A DNA stretch of 54,515 nucleotides from an uncultured Gammaproteobacteria bacterium (GTDB taxonomy: Bacteria; Patescibacteriota; Microgenomatia; Daviesbacterales; UBA10151): positions 1 to 54,515 of the forward strand of contig CAZXEW010000059.1 in the NCBI GenBank assembly GCA_964640215.1. Reading direction: 5' to 3'. The notes under the pieces were generated by a model. The model was given only the letters and a program-made list of their open reading frames with translations. It had not been told where the DNA came from and made no database searches. The translations under genes were made by a program, and so were the position numbers. This document shows positions 30,298 to 40,219 of the stretch, one piece after another. How positions within the stretch are numbered: the first letter of the stretch is position 1; each line of letters begins with the position of its first letter.

Positions 30298-30764
30298 TCG
30301 AAAAATTGCGAAAAGACTATTTCGTCAACATCCGGGTAAAAGTGTTTTTTTAAGACCGCTTCTTTTTTAAATCCCAGCTTTTGGTAAAACTGTTGAGCTT
30401 TGAGATTATTGGAGTGGGTAAGTAAAAAATACTTGCGTAATGTAAAGCCTTTTTGTTTGTAAAAGCGTTTTAAGTGGTCAATTGATGCTTGAAATAGCCG
30501 AGTTGCTATACCTTTTCGTTGGTGATCGGGCAGGACAGCGATATGATCGAGTTCGGCTAAACCGTGTCTTGGTCGGCCGTGGAAGATGATCGATATTAGC
30601 CCGGCTATTTGCTTGTTTTCATCAACAACCAGGAATTGATGACTGGCAGCTAGCTCGTTTTCGAAGGCGGCAGCGGCTTCATCGTAGGTAGGCATGTTCA
30701 AGGTGGCTTGGAAAACTTTCGCTATTCCGGTTATATCTTGGTGGTCTGCTAATCTAATTTCCAT
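30294..30764 (-). CDS. GNAT family N-acetyltransferase
   Basis: IAVLPDHQRKGIAT acetyl-CoA motif A; N..AQQFYQKLGF. Confidence 0.9.
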   Translation of the reverse strand: MEIRLADHQDITGIAKVFQATLNMPTYDEAAAAFENELAASHQFLVVDENKQIAGLISIIFHGRPRHGLAELDHIAVLPDHQRKGIATRLFQASIDHLKRFYKQKGFTLRKYFLLTHSNNLKAQQFYQKLGFKKEAVLKKHFYPDVDEIVFSQFFD

Positions 30765-31941
30765 TCTTGGAGCCTCCGGAGAGGCTTTTCTGGGCCATTT
30801 GCTGGATGAGGCTGGAGTCGAAACTAAATTGGGTTTGCTGTTGGTCCTTGAAGCGTCTTAAGGCATCTTCGATGATTCGATCAAGAAGCTCTGAATACTT
30901 AATGCCAATTGGTTCATACAGGTAAAAGGCTAGTGATCCGGGTGGGGAGTTGATCTCGTTAATCCAAAATTTGTCCGTTTTCGGGTCGACAAAATAGTCT
31001 ATACGGGCGACACCGCAGCCTTCCAATTCTTTGAAGACTTTAACCGTTGTCTCTTGGATTTCTCTGGAAAGCTTGGCGCTGATTGGGGCAGGGATTTGGC
31101 GAGAAAGTGAGGCCATGCCGCCTTTACTGCCTTTAGATCCTTTGCTACCGCGCATGTATTTATCTTCATAACTGAGTGCTGTACCGGTACGAATAGGCAT
31201 TTCACAGACAGATGGAGTGATTTCGCGATAGCCCAGTGCTGCACAGTTGACCTCGATGCAATCCTCAAAGGCTTCTTCGATTAAGATTTTGTCGGCGTAG
31301 GTGGTGGCGACTTCGATGTTAAAACTTAACTCATCGGCAGTTAAGGCTTTGTTGATGCCGATAGTGGAGCCGATATCAGCAGGTTTAACAAACATTGGGA
31401 ATTTAAGTGAATCTATTACTTGTTTTAGGCATTTTTTGGAGTCAGCCTGCCAGTCGAGGCGGGTAATCGATACGAATTTGGCGATTTCAAATCCTAGAGA
31501 TTGAAAAACCGCCTTGGAGATAACTTTATCCATAGCCACCGCTGAGCCCATGACATTTAGGCCAACGTAGGGGATTTGGTAGATTTCAAACAACCCTTGG
31601 ATGCAGCCATCTTCGCCAAAAGAGCCATGAAATAAAGGTAGTGCAACATCGATGGGAGTGAACTTACGAAGGAATTTGGTGGACTCGAAACCGCCTTGGT
31701 TATTTTTTCGTCCGGACGTGACTTGGGAGGTGCTGAGTAAGAGTTGGTCTAAATTGCGATAACTTTTAAGATCGAGGAACTTTGGGTCAGAAAAAAATTG
31801 GCCAGATTTGCTGACATAGACTGGAATGATTTCGTATTTATTTTTATCTAGATTTTGGTAGGCTTGGAGGGCGGTGATGATTGACACCTCATGTTCGGTT
31901 GATCTGCCTCCAAAAAATAGCCCGACTCTGAGTTTGGACAT
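30754..31941 (-). CDS. ddl: D-alanine--D-alanine ligase family protein
   Basis: FGGRSTEHEVS, HGSFGEDG, MDKVISK, VKPADIGS, SYEDKY, RIDYF, NEINSPPG; ATG 31941 chosen. Confidence 0.9.
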   Translation of the reverse strand: MSKLRVGLFFGGRSTEHEVSIITALQAYQNLDKNKYEIIPVYVSKSGQFFSDPKFLDLKSYRNLDQLLLSTSQVTSGRKNNQGGFESTKFLRKFTPIDVALPLFHGSFGEDGCIQGLFEIYQIPYVGLNVMGSAVAMDKVISKAVFQSLGFEIAKFVSITRLDWQADSKKCLKQVIDSLKFPMFVKPADIGSTIGINKALTADELSFNIEVATTYADKILIEEAFEDCIEVNCAALGYREITPSVCEMPIRTGTALSYEDKYMRGSKGSKGSKGGMASLSRQIPAPISAKLSREIQETTVKVFKELEGCGVARIDYFVDPKTDKFWINEINSPPGSLAFYLYEPIGIKYSELLDRIIEDALRRFKDQQQTQFSFDSSLIQQMAQKSLSGGSKNGN

Positions 31942-31948
31942 CAAAGTA

Positions 31949-31977
31949 ATTATATCCAATTGATGACTATAGATCAA
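31949..31977 (-). promoter_or_regulatory. Sigma70-type promoter for ddl, leaderless geometry
   Basis: Minus strand TTGATC-N17-TATAAT, then 7 nt to the ATG at 31941. Confidence 0.65.
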
Positions 31978-32083
31978 AAGGCAACCAGCTTTGGAGGTTG
32001 CGTCAGTGATCTTGAAAAAGGTATAATAACTTAGTAAATGGGCTTGTGGAAAGCTCATTTTTTAGGTTTATCATTCTTCTAAT

Positions 32084-35000
32084 ATGGCAGACAGCGACAA
32101 TAATTCTAATGGTATCGGTAGGGTAGAGGGGACCTCGATCATCGAGGAAATGCAGCGATCATATCTGGACTACGCCATGTCAGTGATCGTGTCACGGGCG
32201 TTGCCGGATGTCCGGGATGGTCTAAAACCGGTTCAGCGGCGAATTGTTTACGCCATGCAGCAGCAAAATCTGCATCACACCTCCCGTTATCAAAAGTCAG
32301 CGGCTGTGGTGGGTGAGGTATTGAAAAGCTTCCATCCGCATGGAGATGTGCCGGTTTATGACGCGATGGTCAGAATGGCCCAGGATTTTTCGATGCGCTA
32401 TACCTTGGTTGATGGGCAGGGAAATTTTGGCTGTTTTACAATAGATACCAAAATCCGCTTGACTGATGGTAGAAATTTGAGTTTTGAGGGGTTGATTGAG
32501 GAGCAAAGCAAAGGACGAAGGCACTGGACTTTTTCGTTTAATCATCAGTTGGGGAAGATTGAGGTGGAGGAGATTAAACAACCGCGCTTAACCCGGAAGG
32601 ATGCGGAATTAGTTGAAGTTGAGTTAGATAATGCAGAAAAGATTAAGTGTACGCCGGATCACCGTTTTATGCTGCGAGATGGGTCTTATCGCCAAGCTAA
32701 AGATTTGCAGCCAGGGGATTCGTTAATGCCGCTTTATAGCCAGATTTGTGATGGTGCAAAAGATAAGAACTTGAAGGGCTATGAAAGAATTTCTCAACCT
32801 TTTGCCGATTCTTGGCAATTCACACACCATTTATCTGATGAATGGAATTTAAAACACCAAGTATACGAAAAGAAAGCTGGTCGAATCCGTCACCACGCTA
32901 ATTTTAATAAGTTGAACAACGATCCTGAAAACATCGTCCGTTTGCAGTGGGCAGATCACTTCAAAATTCATTATGAAATGGCCTCTTGGAGGCACAAAAA
33001 TGATCCTGAGTATGTTAAAAAAATAGCCGAAGGCAGGCAGAAATTTATTCAGGCAAATCACGAAAAGCTATCAATCCGAACTTCGGCCCGGAACCATTTG
33101 GCATGGCAGGATCCTAAATATCGTCAAAAAAAGACTGAGTCAATCAAAAAAATGTGGCTTGACGAAGCTTATAGAGCAAGGATGCAACAAGTATCAAGCC
33201 AAAACCTGAAAAAACTTTGGCAAAACGAGGACTTTAAACAACTCTTGAGTAATTTGAAATCTGAAGAGATGAAAAAGCGCTGGCAGGACCCTAAATACCG
33301 TTTGGAGATGCAAAAGCAAATGAAGGAAATATCAAATAAAATTTGGTCTGATCCGGAGCACCGGAAATATATTTCTGAATTAATGATCGAGCGGACCAGC
33401 GAATCAGGATGGAAAAAAGCACAAAGCCAGATTACCAAAAAATTGTGGCAGGACCCAAACTTTAGAGCAAAATATCCAGCGGATCACTTTAGAAAAATGG
33501 CTTTGAGTTTATGGGCTGACGAAAATATCCGGGAAATGCATCGCAAGAAGATTGCTAAACAGCGGGAAGATCCAATATTTATAGAAAAAAACCGTCAAGG
33601 TGTTGTCTCGTCAAATAACCGTCGATTGCAAGAAAATCCAAAGATGATGACTCAATTAGCTGCGAAAGCTAAGGTTTCTCTACAGCTAAAATGGCAAGAT
33701 CCAGCGTACAAGAAGCAGGTTGTTAAGAGTAAGGTGTTAGGTTATGTATCTGGTTTGTTACAAAAATACCCCCTGGTAACACCACAGATCTACGAAAAAG
33801 AGCGAATTAATAATGGGGTGCCGAAAATTGATCGGGCTTTGGAGTTTTTTGACGATTTTTCGTCGCTGGTCGGACAAGCCCAAAATTATAATCACAAAGT
33901 AGTTAGGGTAGTTGTATTAGAAGAACGACAAGATGTTTATGATTTGACGATTGATAGCTTACATAATTTTGCCTTAGCTGCAGGAATTTTTGTACACAAC
34001 TCTGTTGATGGTGACTCGCCGGCGGCAATGAGGTATACCGAGGCTAGGCTATCGGCCATTGCCGATGAGCTGCTCCGGGATATCAATAAAAATACCGTTG
34101 ACTTTGTCGATAACTATTCGGGGACAGTCCAGGAACCGATGCTGTTGCCCTCGGTGATACCTAATCTGCTGCTCAACGGAGCTTCCGGTATCGCAGTGGG
34201 TATGGCTACCCAGATTCCACCTCATAATCTGGGAGAGGTAACGGACGCTTTGATTAGTATGATTGAGAATCCGGTCAGGGAGCGTACCGCTGACGGCAGA
34301 CCGCAAACCGCCACCCCAATAGTCACAGCAACCGACGATAGAGAAGTATTGGAGCAATTGGCACAGAGCGGTAAGCCGGTAGCGGAAAGCGGATTTAAGT
34401 CGGAGTTGACTGTTGAAGATTTGATAAAGCTGATTAAAGGTCCGGATTTTCCGACTGGTGCGTCAATTTATGATCAGTCCGAGATTTTAGCAGCCTACGC
34501 CACCGGCAAAGGCAGGATTGTGATGAGGGCAAAAGCGGAGATTGAGGAGGCCAGGGGCGGGCGGTTTGACATTATAATCACTGAGTTGCCTTATCAGGTG
34601 AATAAAGCGGTGCTGATAGCCAGAATAGCTGACATGGTCCGAGATAAGAAAATCGACGGCATTTCCGATCTGCGCGATGAGTCGGACCGTAAAGGGATGC
34701 GGATGGTGATTGAGCTAAAACGGGATGCCAAACCTCAGTCGGTGCTAAATAATCTTTATAAACATACGGCGCTGCAGTCGGTTTTCAATGTTAACATGGT
34801 CGCCCTGTCTGACGGGGTACCCCATTTGATGACATTAAAGCGAGTCCTTGAGGAGTTTGTGACCCATCGAATGACAGTGGTTCGACGCCGGTCTGAGTTT
34901 GAGTTAGGTGAGGCCAGGGCAAGGGAGCATATTTTGGAAGGATTAAAGATCGCGGTTGATAATATTGATGAAGTGATCGAGACGATCCGCAAAAGCGCCG

Positions 35001-36268
35001 ATGCAGAGATTGCCCGGACCAAATTGATGTCCAGATTTAAATTGAGCGAGCTGCAGGCGACGGCGATTTTAGATATGCAGCTGCGGAAGTTAGCTGCTCT
35101 GGAGCGAAAAAGAATAGAAGATGAATTGAAGATGATGCAGGAGCTGATTGCCTATCTGGTAGATTTATTAGCGCACCCCGACAAGATGCTAAAGGTGATT
35201 AAAGATGAGTTAATCAAGGTTCGGGACCGATACGCCGATGACCGACGAACCAGGGTATATAAACAAAAAATCGGCGAGTTCTCGGAGGAGGATTTGGTTG
35301 CGGATGAGACAATGATAGTGACAGTGACTCGGGGTGGATATGTCAAGCGCCAGTCGCCGATGTCATTTAGAACCCAAAACCGCGGCGGAAAAGGGGTATC
35401 TGGTATTACGACTAAGGACGAAGATGCAGTTAGTCATATTTTTTATACCCAAACTTTGGATAATTTGTTATTTTTTACCGATAAAGGGCGAGTTTTCCAG
35501 ATTAAGGTCTGGGAGATTCCGGAAGCCTCGAGGACAGCCAAGGGTCAGGCGATTGTTAATTTAATAAATGTTGAGCCGAGCGAAAAGATGACGGCGATTT
35601 TGACGACTAAAGCCAAAGATAAAACAAAGTTTTTGTTTATGTGTACCCGCAAGGGTAGTGTCAAGAAGACTCCGGTTGAAGAGTATGCTAATATCCGTAA
35701 AAATGGCTTGATCTCGATCAAGCTCGACGCCGGGGACCAGTTGTGCTGGGTAGTGCCGACACTAGGAAATCAAGATGTTATCTTGGTGACTCGAGATGGC
35801 CAGTCGATTCGCTTTGCCGAAACCCAGGTCCGTGGGACCCATCGGGATACTTCCGGAGTCAGAGGCATTTCGCTGACTAAAAGTGATGAATTGGTGTCGA
35901 TGAATCTAGTCCAAGAGATTAACGAAGATGTTTTGGTGGTGATGGAAAATGGTTTGGGTAAGAAAACTAAAATATCGGCCTGGAAGCGGCAAAGCCGGGG
36001 CGGATCCGGCATAAAAGCGGCTCAGATTACTGATAAAACCGGTAAAATTGTGACCGCCGAAGTCATTAATGCTGAATTTGATACTTTGGTGATGACCTCA
36101 AATAAGGGTCAGCTGATTAAGTTGAGTTTGAAGGATGTGCCGACTTTGCAACGACAGACCCAAGGTGTAATCTTAATGAGGGTCCGCTCCGGCGAGGTAG
36201 TCGCCGCCGCCACGGTGGTGTCGGCACAAGATAAGGTGGATGGAGTGGTTGTTAGTGATGTGTTATGA
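32084..36268 (+). CDS. gyrA: DNA gyrase subunit A containing an intein
   Basis: [27 protein letters not shown] (catalytic Tyr), GPDFPTG, GyrA-box QNRGGKG, beta-pinwheel repeats. Confidence 0.97.
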   Translation: MADSDNNSNGIGRVEGTSIIEEMQRSYLDYAMSVIVSRALPDVRDGLKPVQRRIVYAMQQQNLHHTSRYQKSAAVVGEVLKSFHPHGDVPVYDAMVRMAQDFSMRYTLVDGQGNFGCFTIDTKIRLTDGRNLSFEGLIEEQSKGRRHWTFSFNHQLGKIEVEEIKQPRLTRKDAELVEVELDNAEKIKCTPDHRFMLRDGSYRQAKDLQPGDSLMPLYSQICDGAKDKNLKGYERISQPFADSWQFTHHLSDEWNLKHQVYEKKAGRIRHHANFNKLNNDPENIVRLQWADHFKIHYEMASWRHKNDPEYVKKIAEGRQKFIQANHEKLSIRTSARNHLAWQDPKYRQKKTESIKKMWLDEAYRARMQQVSSQNLKKLWQNEDFKQLLSNLKSEEMKKRWQDPKYRLEMQKQMKEISNKIWSDPEHRKYISELMIERTSESGWKKAQSQITKKLWQDPNFRAKYPADHFRKMALSLWADENIREMHRKKIAKQREDPIFIEKNRQGVVSSNNRRLQENPKMMTQLAAKAKVSLQLKWQDPAYKKQVVKSKVLGYVSGLLQKYPLVTPQIYEKERINNGVPKIDRALEFFDDFSSLVGQAQNYNHKVVRVVVLEERQDVYDLTIDSLHNFALAAGIFVHNSVDGDSPAAMRYTEARLSAIADELLRDINKNTVDFVDNYSGTVQEPMLLPSVIPNLLLNGASGIAVGMATQIPPHNLGEVTDALISMIENPVRERTADGRPQTATPIVTATDDREVLEQLAQSGKPVAESGFKSELTVEDLIKLIKGPDFPTGASIYDQSEILAAYATGKGRIVMRAKAEIEEARGGRFDIIITELPYQVNKAVLIARIADMVRDKKIDGISDLRDESDRKGMRMVIELKRDAKPQSVLNNLYKHTALQSVFNVNMVALSDGVPHLMTLKRVLEEFVTHRMTVVRRRSEFELGEARAREHILEGLKIAVDNIDEVIETIRKSADAEIARTKLMSRFKLSELQATAILDMQLRKLAALERKRIEDELKMMQELIAYLVDLLAHPDKMLKVIKDELIKVRDRYADDRRTRVYKQKIGEFSEEDLVADETMIVTVTRGGYVKRQSPMSFRTQNRGGKGVSGITTKDEDAVSHIFYTQTLDNLLFFTDKGRVFQIKVWEIPEASRTAKGQAIVNLINVEPSEKMTAILTTKAKDKTKFLFMCTRKGSVKKTPVEEYANIRKNGLISIKLDAGDQLCWVVPTLGNQDVILVTRDGQSIRFAETQVRGTHRDTSGVRGISLTKSDELVSMNLVQEINEDVLVVMENGLGKKTKISAWKRQSRGGSGIKAAQITDKTGKIVTAEVINAEFDTLVMTSNKGQLIKLSLKDVPTLQRQTQGVILMRVRSGEVVAAATVVSAQDKVDGVVVSDVL
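32432..34000 (+). mobile_element. 523-aa intein with HNH-type endonuclease, in GyrA
   Basis: GNFG|[10 protein letters not shown]...; block B TPDHRF; C-terminal VYDLTI...HNFAL..GIFVHN|S; removal restores GNFGSVDGD; internal [14 protein letters not shown]...H..IH. Confidence 0.95.
34286..34393. repeat. Heptamer inverted-repeat arms bounding an in-frame GyrA insertion
   Basis: ccgctga cggcaga ccgcaaa ccgccac ... gcggtaa gccggta gcggaaa gcgg. Confidence 0.7.
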
Positions 36269-36325
36269 GAGATGATTGATGAGATAAACCCATTTCACAT
36301 TACCCATTACCCATTACTTATTACA
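36250..36325. repeat. Heptamer element across the gyrA stop
   Basis: gttatga gagatga ttgatga ... cattacc cattacc cattact tattac. Confidence 0.6.
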
Positions 36326-36328
36326 TTT

Positions 36329-36538
36329 ATGGAAAAACGGATTTCAACATTTTTTGTCTTTTATTTTATAATTGGTTTGATTTTCGCAGTTTGTTTTGCC
36401 TTGTTTTACCACTGGCCGTTTTCAGGATTTTTGAGTCCAGGTTTTTATGTCGTGATTATCAGCTGGCCATATCAAGCGATCGGTTTTACCCGTGATTTTA
36501 TGCTTTATGGATTCGGCGGCAAACCATTTGGGATTTAA
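36329..36538 (+). CDS. Small hypothetical membrane protein
   Basis: Two hydrophobic, aromatic-rich segments; ATG 36329. Confidence 0.6.
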   Translation: MEKRISTFFVFYFIIGLIFAVCFALFYHWPFSGFLSPGFYVVIISWPYQAIGFTRDFMLYGFGGKPFGI

Positions 36539-36568
36539 ATGAAACTTCGTTTCTTGTAGGATGCCACA

Positions 36569-37423
36569 ATGAAGATCGGGACGCATGTATCAGCAGCCGG
36601 TGTAATAAGTCTGGTATTTGAACGGGCGGCCAAACTCGCAGCTGATTGTTGCCAGTTTTTTATCTCTCCACCGCAGCAGTGGGCGCAGACCCAACACAAT
36701 GATGAGGAAATCGGTCAATTTATACAAAAGCAATCCGAGTTTAAAATAGCTCCTAATTTTATCCATGGCAGCTATTTAATTAATCTGGGGGCAACGAGTC
36801 CCGAGCATCTCCAAAAGTCAGTTGACTGGTTGATTTACGCTCAAAAAACTGCCTCCAGGTTAGGAGTTGAGGGGGTAGTTTTTCATTTAGGCTCCCACAA
36901 AAAAGCTGGCTTTGAGACAGTTTTTAAGCAGGTTGTCGGGAGTATTAGAAAAATTCTGGCTCAATACACCGGATCGGCAAAATTAATCTTAGAAACATCA
37001 GCTGGAGCCGGTGGAAATATCGGTGGAACATTTGCAGAACTTGGTCAGATATTAAAGACAGTCTCTGATTCAAGGCTAAAAGTTTGTTTAGATACCTGTC
37101 ATGTGTTTGCATCGGGCTATGAGTTAAGAAATGAAGCGGGTGTATCGAAAATGATCGCTGATTTTGACCAGGAGATCGGACTAAAAAACCTGGTGGCCGT
37201 TCATGCTAACGACTCGAGGTTTGATATCGGACTGGGTAAAGACAGGCATGAAAACATTGGTCAGGGTTTTATCGGGACAGCCGGATTTAAAATACTATTA
37301 AACTCTAAAGAATTTAACCAGTTGCCGTTTATTTTAGAAGTTCCCGGTTTCGAGAAAAACGGGCCGGACATCAAAAATATTGAAATATTAAGGTCTTTAG
37401 TTGACAGTGCCGATTTTAAGTGA
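36569..37423 (+). CDS. nfo: Endonuclease IV
   Basis: IGTHVSAAG, IHGSYLINL, FHLGSH, LETSAG, CLDTCHVFASG, HANDS, DRHENIG, ILEVP. Confidence 0.96.
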   Translation: MKIGTHVSAAGVISLVFERAAKLAADCCQFFISPPQQWAQTQHNDEEIGQFIQKQSEFKIAPNFIHGSYLINLGATSPEHLQKSVDWLIYAQKTASRLGVEGVVFHLGSHKKAGFETVFKQVVGSIRKILAQYTGSAKLILETSAGAGGNIGGTFAELGQILKTVSDSRLKVCLDTCHVFASGYELRNEAGVSKMIADFDQEIGLKNLVAVHANDSRFDIGLGKDRHENIGQGFIGTAGFKILLNSKEFNQLPFILEVPGFEKNGPDIKNIEILRSLVDSADFK

Positions 37424-37447
37424 GTAAATAAATCAGGGGGTGATTTA

Positions 37448-37813
37448 ATGAAAATTCTGATTGCGATTATACTAAACGCGATAGCACTTCTTTTAACGGC
37501 TTTAATAGTTCCAGGATTTATGGTGGCCAACTTTTTTCCGACCGCGGTTCTGGCGGCGATCGTATTGGGTGTAGTGAATACATTTATCCGGCCGTTTTTA
37601 CTGTTTTTAACAGCACCATTGAACCTTTTGACCCTCGGGTTATTCACATTTGTAATTAACGCGGTGATGCTTTGGCTGGTATCGGCAGTTGTGACCGGGG
37701 TGACGATTGATGGTTGGGTAGCAGCCGTTTTGGCGGCGATTGTGCTGTCAGTGGTATCGACGATTTTGTCGATGCTGGTAGGGGATTTGAAGCTGAATAA
37801 AAAAATTAAGTAG
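37448..37813 (+). CDS. Phage holin family (superfamily IV / YvlD-like) membrane protein
   Basis: LGVVNTFIRPFLLFLTAPLNLLTLGLFTFVINA signature, 4 TM. Confidence 0.88.
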   Translation: MKILIAIILNAIALLLTALIVPGFMVANFFPTAVLAAIVLGVVNTFIRPFLLFLTAPLNLLTLGLFTFVINAVMLWLVSAVVTGVTIDGWVAAVLAAIVLSVVSTILSMLVGDLKLNKKIK

Positions 37814-38750
37814 TTTTCTCGCCATGAGATTTAGAGAGATTTTTGGAGTGAAATGCTTGGTGGATGTCCTTTAATTGACGATTGGTGACATGGGTGTAGA
37901 TTTGAGTCGTCGAAATATTGGAATGGCCAAGCATTTCCTGGACTGAGCGGATGTCGGCGCCGTTTATGAGTAGATCTGTGGCGAAATTATGACGGAGTGT
38001 GTGCGGAGTTGCTTTGATCGTTAAACCCATCTTTTTGACGTATTTTTCGACAATTCTTTCAATCGAGCGAGGGGTTAGGCGCATTTTTTCGCCGTCGTCA
38101 GTAGGATCTAAACGGCCCTGGTAACGGATAAAAAGTGGCTTAAAAGAGTCTTGGCGATGGTTGAGATACTTATCTAGACACTCGACCGCCGTCTCAGATA
38201 AAAAAACGACCCGGATCTTGCCTCCCTTGCCGGTGACGCCGAATTCACGGCGGTTTAAATTGATCTGGTCACGGTCAAGAGAGGAGAGTTCTGATACCCT
38301 CAAACCGGTGGAAAAGAGGACTTCCAAAATGGTCTTGTCTCTCAGGCCATCCCGGGTAGTGGCATTCGGAGCGTCGAGCAGGCTTTTTAAGCTGTCTTCA
38401 TCTAAAACCACCAGGGGAGAGGGGTCTTGTTCGCCCAGTTCAACTTTTTCAGCCGACAATGTCTGGATATCCTGTCTGGCCAGGTAACGCAAAAAGGCCC
38501 GCAGGGCAATCATAAAATAATTTTGGGTGACCCGCTTCAGCGGCTGGTTGGTCAGAGGATCGCTGTAGCGGGACAGGTAAAGACGGTATTTACGGATGGT
38601 ACCAAGATCGATCGACTCAGGTGAAGTTTCACCGGCAAATTCAACAAAGCGTTTTAAATAATGGTCATAGTTTTTGATGGTCAGTTGGCTGGCGTTGCGT
38701 TCAAGCTCCAGGTATTCCAGAAAGTCAGTGATGAGTGGGGATAAAGTCAT
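37806..38750 (-). CDS. Site-specific tyrosine recombinase, XerC/XerD family
   Basis: SAM-like N-domain; RD...STGLRVSEL, GKGGK.R, HTLRHNFAT, QEMLGHSNISTTQIYTHV (full R-K-H-R-H-Y set). Confidence 0.93.
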   Translation of the reverse strand: MTLSPLITDFLEYLELERNASQLTIKNYDHYLKRFVEFAGETSPESIDLGTIRKYRLYLSRYSDPLTNQPLKRVTQNYFMIALRAFLRYLARQDIQTLSAEKVELGEQDPSPLVVLDEDSLKSLLDAPNATTRDGLRDKTILEVLFSTGLRVSELSSLDRDQINLNRREFGVTGKGGKIRVVFLSETAVECLDKYLNHRQDSFKPLFIRYQGRLDPTDDGEKMRLTPRSIERIVEKYVKKMGLTIKATPHTLRHNFATDLLINGADIRSVQEMLGHSNISTTQIYTHVTNRQLKDIHQAFHSKNLSKSHGEKTT

Positions 38751-38760
38751 AAGGCTACGC

Positions 38761-38837
38761 CTAGTTCTTAGTTATTAGTTCATTGTTCTTAGTAATCGCA
38801 TTTGTCTACGAACTACCAACTACGAACTCCAAACTAC
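38761..38837. repeat. Heptamer inverted-repeat element (TAGTTCT / CTACGAA arms)
   Basis: ctagttcttagttattagttcatt ... ctacgaactaccaactacgaactccaaactac. Confidence 0.75.
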
Positions 38838-39550
38838 AGGATGCTGAGGCCAATTATTCCGAGTAGGACAAATAGGCCGCCGGCGATGCCTAAAATAAGG
38901 GTATTGTCAAAGGAGCCGGAAGGGGATAGGACCGTCACCGGGGGAGGGACGACGACGACAGCGCTGTCGCTCGAGCCTGGGGCGCCAACTCCGATTGCAC
39001 CGGTGCCTCCGGCACCACTACAACCGCTGCCGGTACCAACGGTGTAATTTCCATCTGAGACTGAGGAGAGCAGGTCGGCCAGGGTACCACGTTCCGCGAC
39101 ATTCGAGTCAGTGGTTTTTTGTTTATCATTGGGATCAAAATCAAATTTAACAGTCAACGGACCGGCGGCGTTGTTATTGACTGTAAAGTTGACTGTAGCA
39201 AGTGTTCCTTGTCCTGAGTAGGCTTGAGCAACGGAGGCAATACCGGAAACAGTGACTTTGCCGTTGAGCGCATCAACTACATTTGAATAATCAGGATAGA
39301 TGGTGCCGTTTTGAATGGTTTGGACAGGGGTTAAAATAGTCGGGTTAAAAAGTAAGATGGCATCCGTTCCGTCAGTTTGGGCGCCGCTGGTGTCGAGGTT
39401 AATCTTAAGTTGGACACTACAGCCTTTGTTAAAGGTGCCTGTGTTTGGTGAAAGCGATAATGTAGCAGCTAGAGCACCACCGGGGAATATCAATGGTATA
39501 GCGCTGGCGACCAGGCCGATCAGGAGATGTTTAATGTTGGGCAGTTTCAT
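38834..39550 (-). CDS. Secreted cohesin-like protein with C-terminal membrane anchor
   Basis: Signal peptide; ATLSLSP...INLDT..AQTDGTDAIL.FNP...G.GTLATVNF...DSNV pattern; Gly/Pro linker; C-terminal TM. Confidence 0.75.
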   Translation of the reverse strand: MKLPNIKHLLIGLVASAIPLIFPGGALAATLSLSPNTGTFNKGCSVQLKINLDTSGAQTDGTDAILLFNPTILTPVQTIQNGTIYPDYSNVVDALNGKVTVSGIASVAQAYSGQGTLATVNFTVNNNAAGPLTVKFDFDPNDKQKTTDSNVAERGTLADLLSSVSDGNYTVGTGSGCSGAGGTGAIGVGAPGSSDSAVVVVPPPVTVLSPSGSFDNTLILGIAGGLFVLLGIIGLSIL

Positions 39551-39553
39551 AGA

Positions 39554-40180
39554 TTAGTTGATATTTATTTTAACACTGTTACCTAATCCAAGGATATCAT
39601 TTCCAGTTGCTAGTTCTATCATATTCGAATCAGTGGTGCTATTCAAACTGTAATCAACCGAAATGGTAGTGGTGCCTTTAGCGGCAGCCGTTAAATTAAG
39701 CGTCCCGAAGATGCCGGCGCCATTAAAACCAACCTGCTCTACAGAGCTGATACCAGATACCCTGATTAGTTTATTTGTCGGATCGGCTTGGTTGGTTGGG
39801 TATTCGCTCATGATTTTGCTGGTGGTTAGGGCCGGGGTCGCGGCGGTTAAAAATTTCGGATCGTATTTGATGACTAGATCAACCCCCTGGATAATATGGC
39901 CGCCGGTGATAATTCTGACCGGAATTGAGATCGTTTCACCCACCCGGTATGTTTTATTTTGATCAACCAGGACAATCGTACCTGATGAGGCTGGCTGGAG
40001 CGGTAGAGGTTGATTAGCTGATCTCTGCGATCCTATTCCGAAAACCCGGACCAGCTGAAAAACCACCAGGCCTACCAGCAGCAAAATAACAATTCTGGGT
40101 AACCAAGTTCGGAGGAGACTGGACTTGGGGTTCTGGTTATCGGAAAGAGGATTTTGATAGATGAGCGGGTTAATGTCCAT
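39554..40180 (-). CDS. N-terminally anchored cohesin-like protein
   Basis: TM then VGETISIPVRI...GVDLVIKYDP.FL...G.GIFGTLNL...TTDSN...DIL. Confidence 0.75.
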   Translation of the reverse strand: MDINPLIYQNPLSDNQNPKSSLLRTWLPRIVILLLVGLVVFQLVRVFGIGSQRSANQPLPLQPASSGTIVLVDQNKTYRVGETISIPVRIITGGHIIQGVDLVIKYDPKFLTAATPALTTSKIMSEYPTNQADPTNKLIRVSGISSVEQVGFNGAGIFGTLNLTAAAKGTTTISVDYSLNSTTDSNMIELATGNDILGLGNSVKININ

Positions 40181-40219
40181 ATCTTTAGCTTATATTATTG
40201 TGGTCGGTCATATCAATTT

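Noticed and set aside
37448-38750. Prophage (holin plus integrase)
   Set aside because: Holin superfamily IV/YvlD proteins are commonly chromosomal; no capsid, terminase, tail or lysin genes are adjacent.
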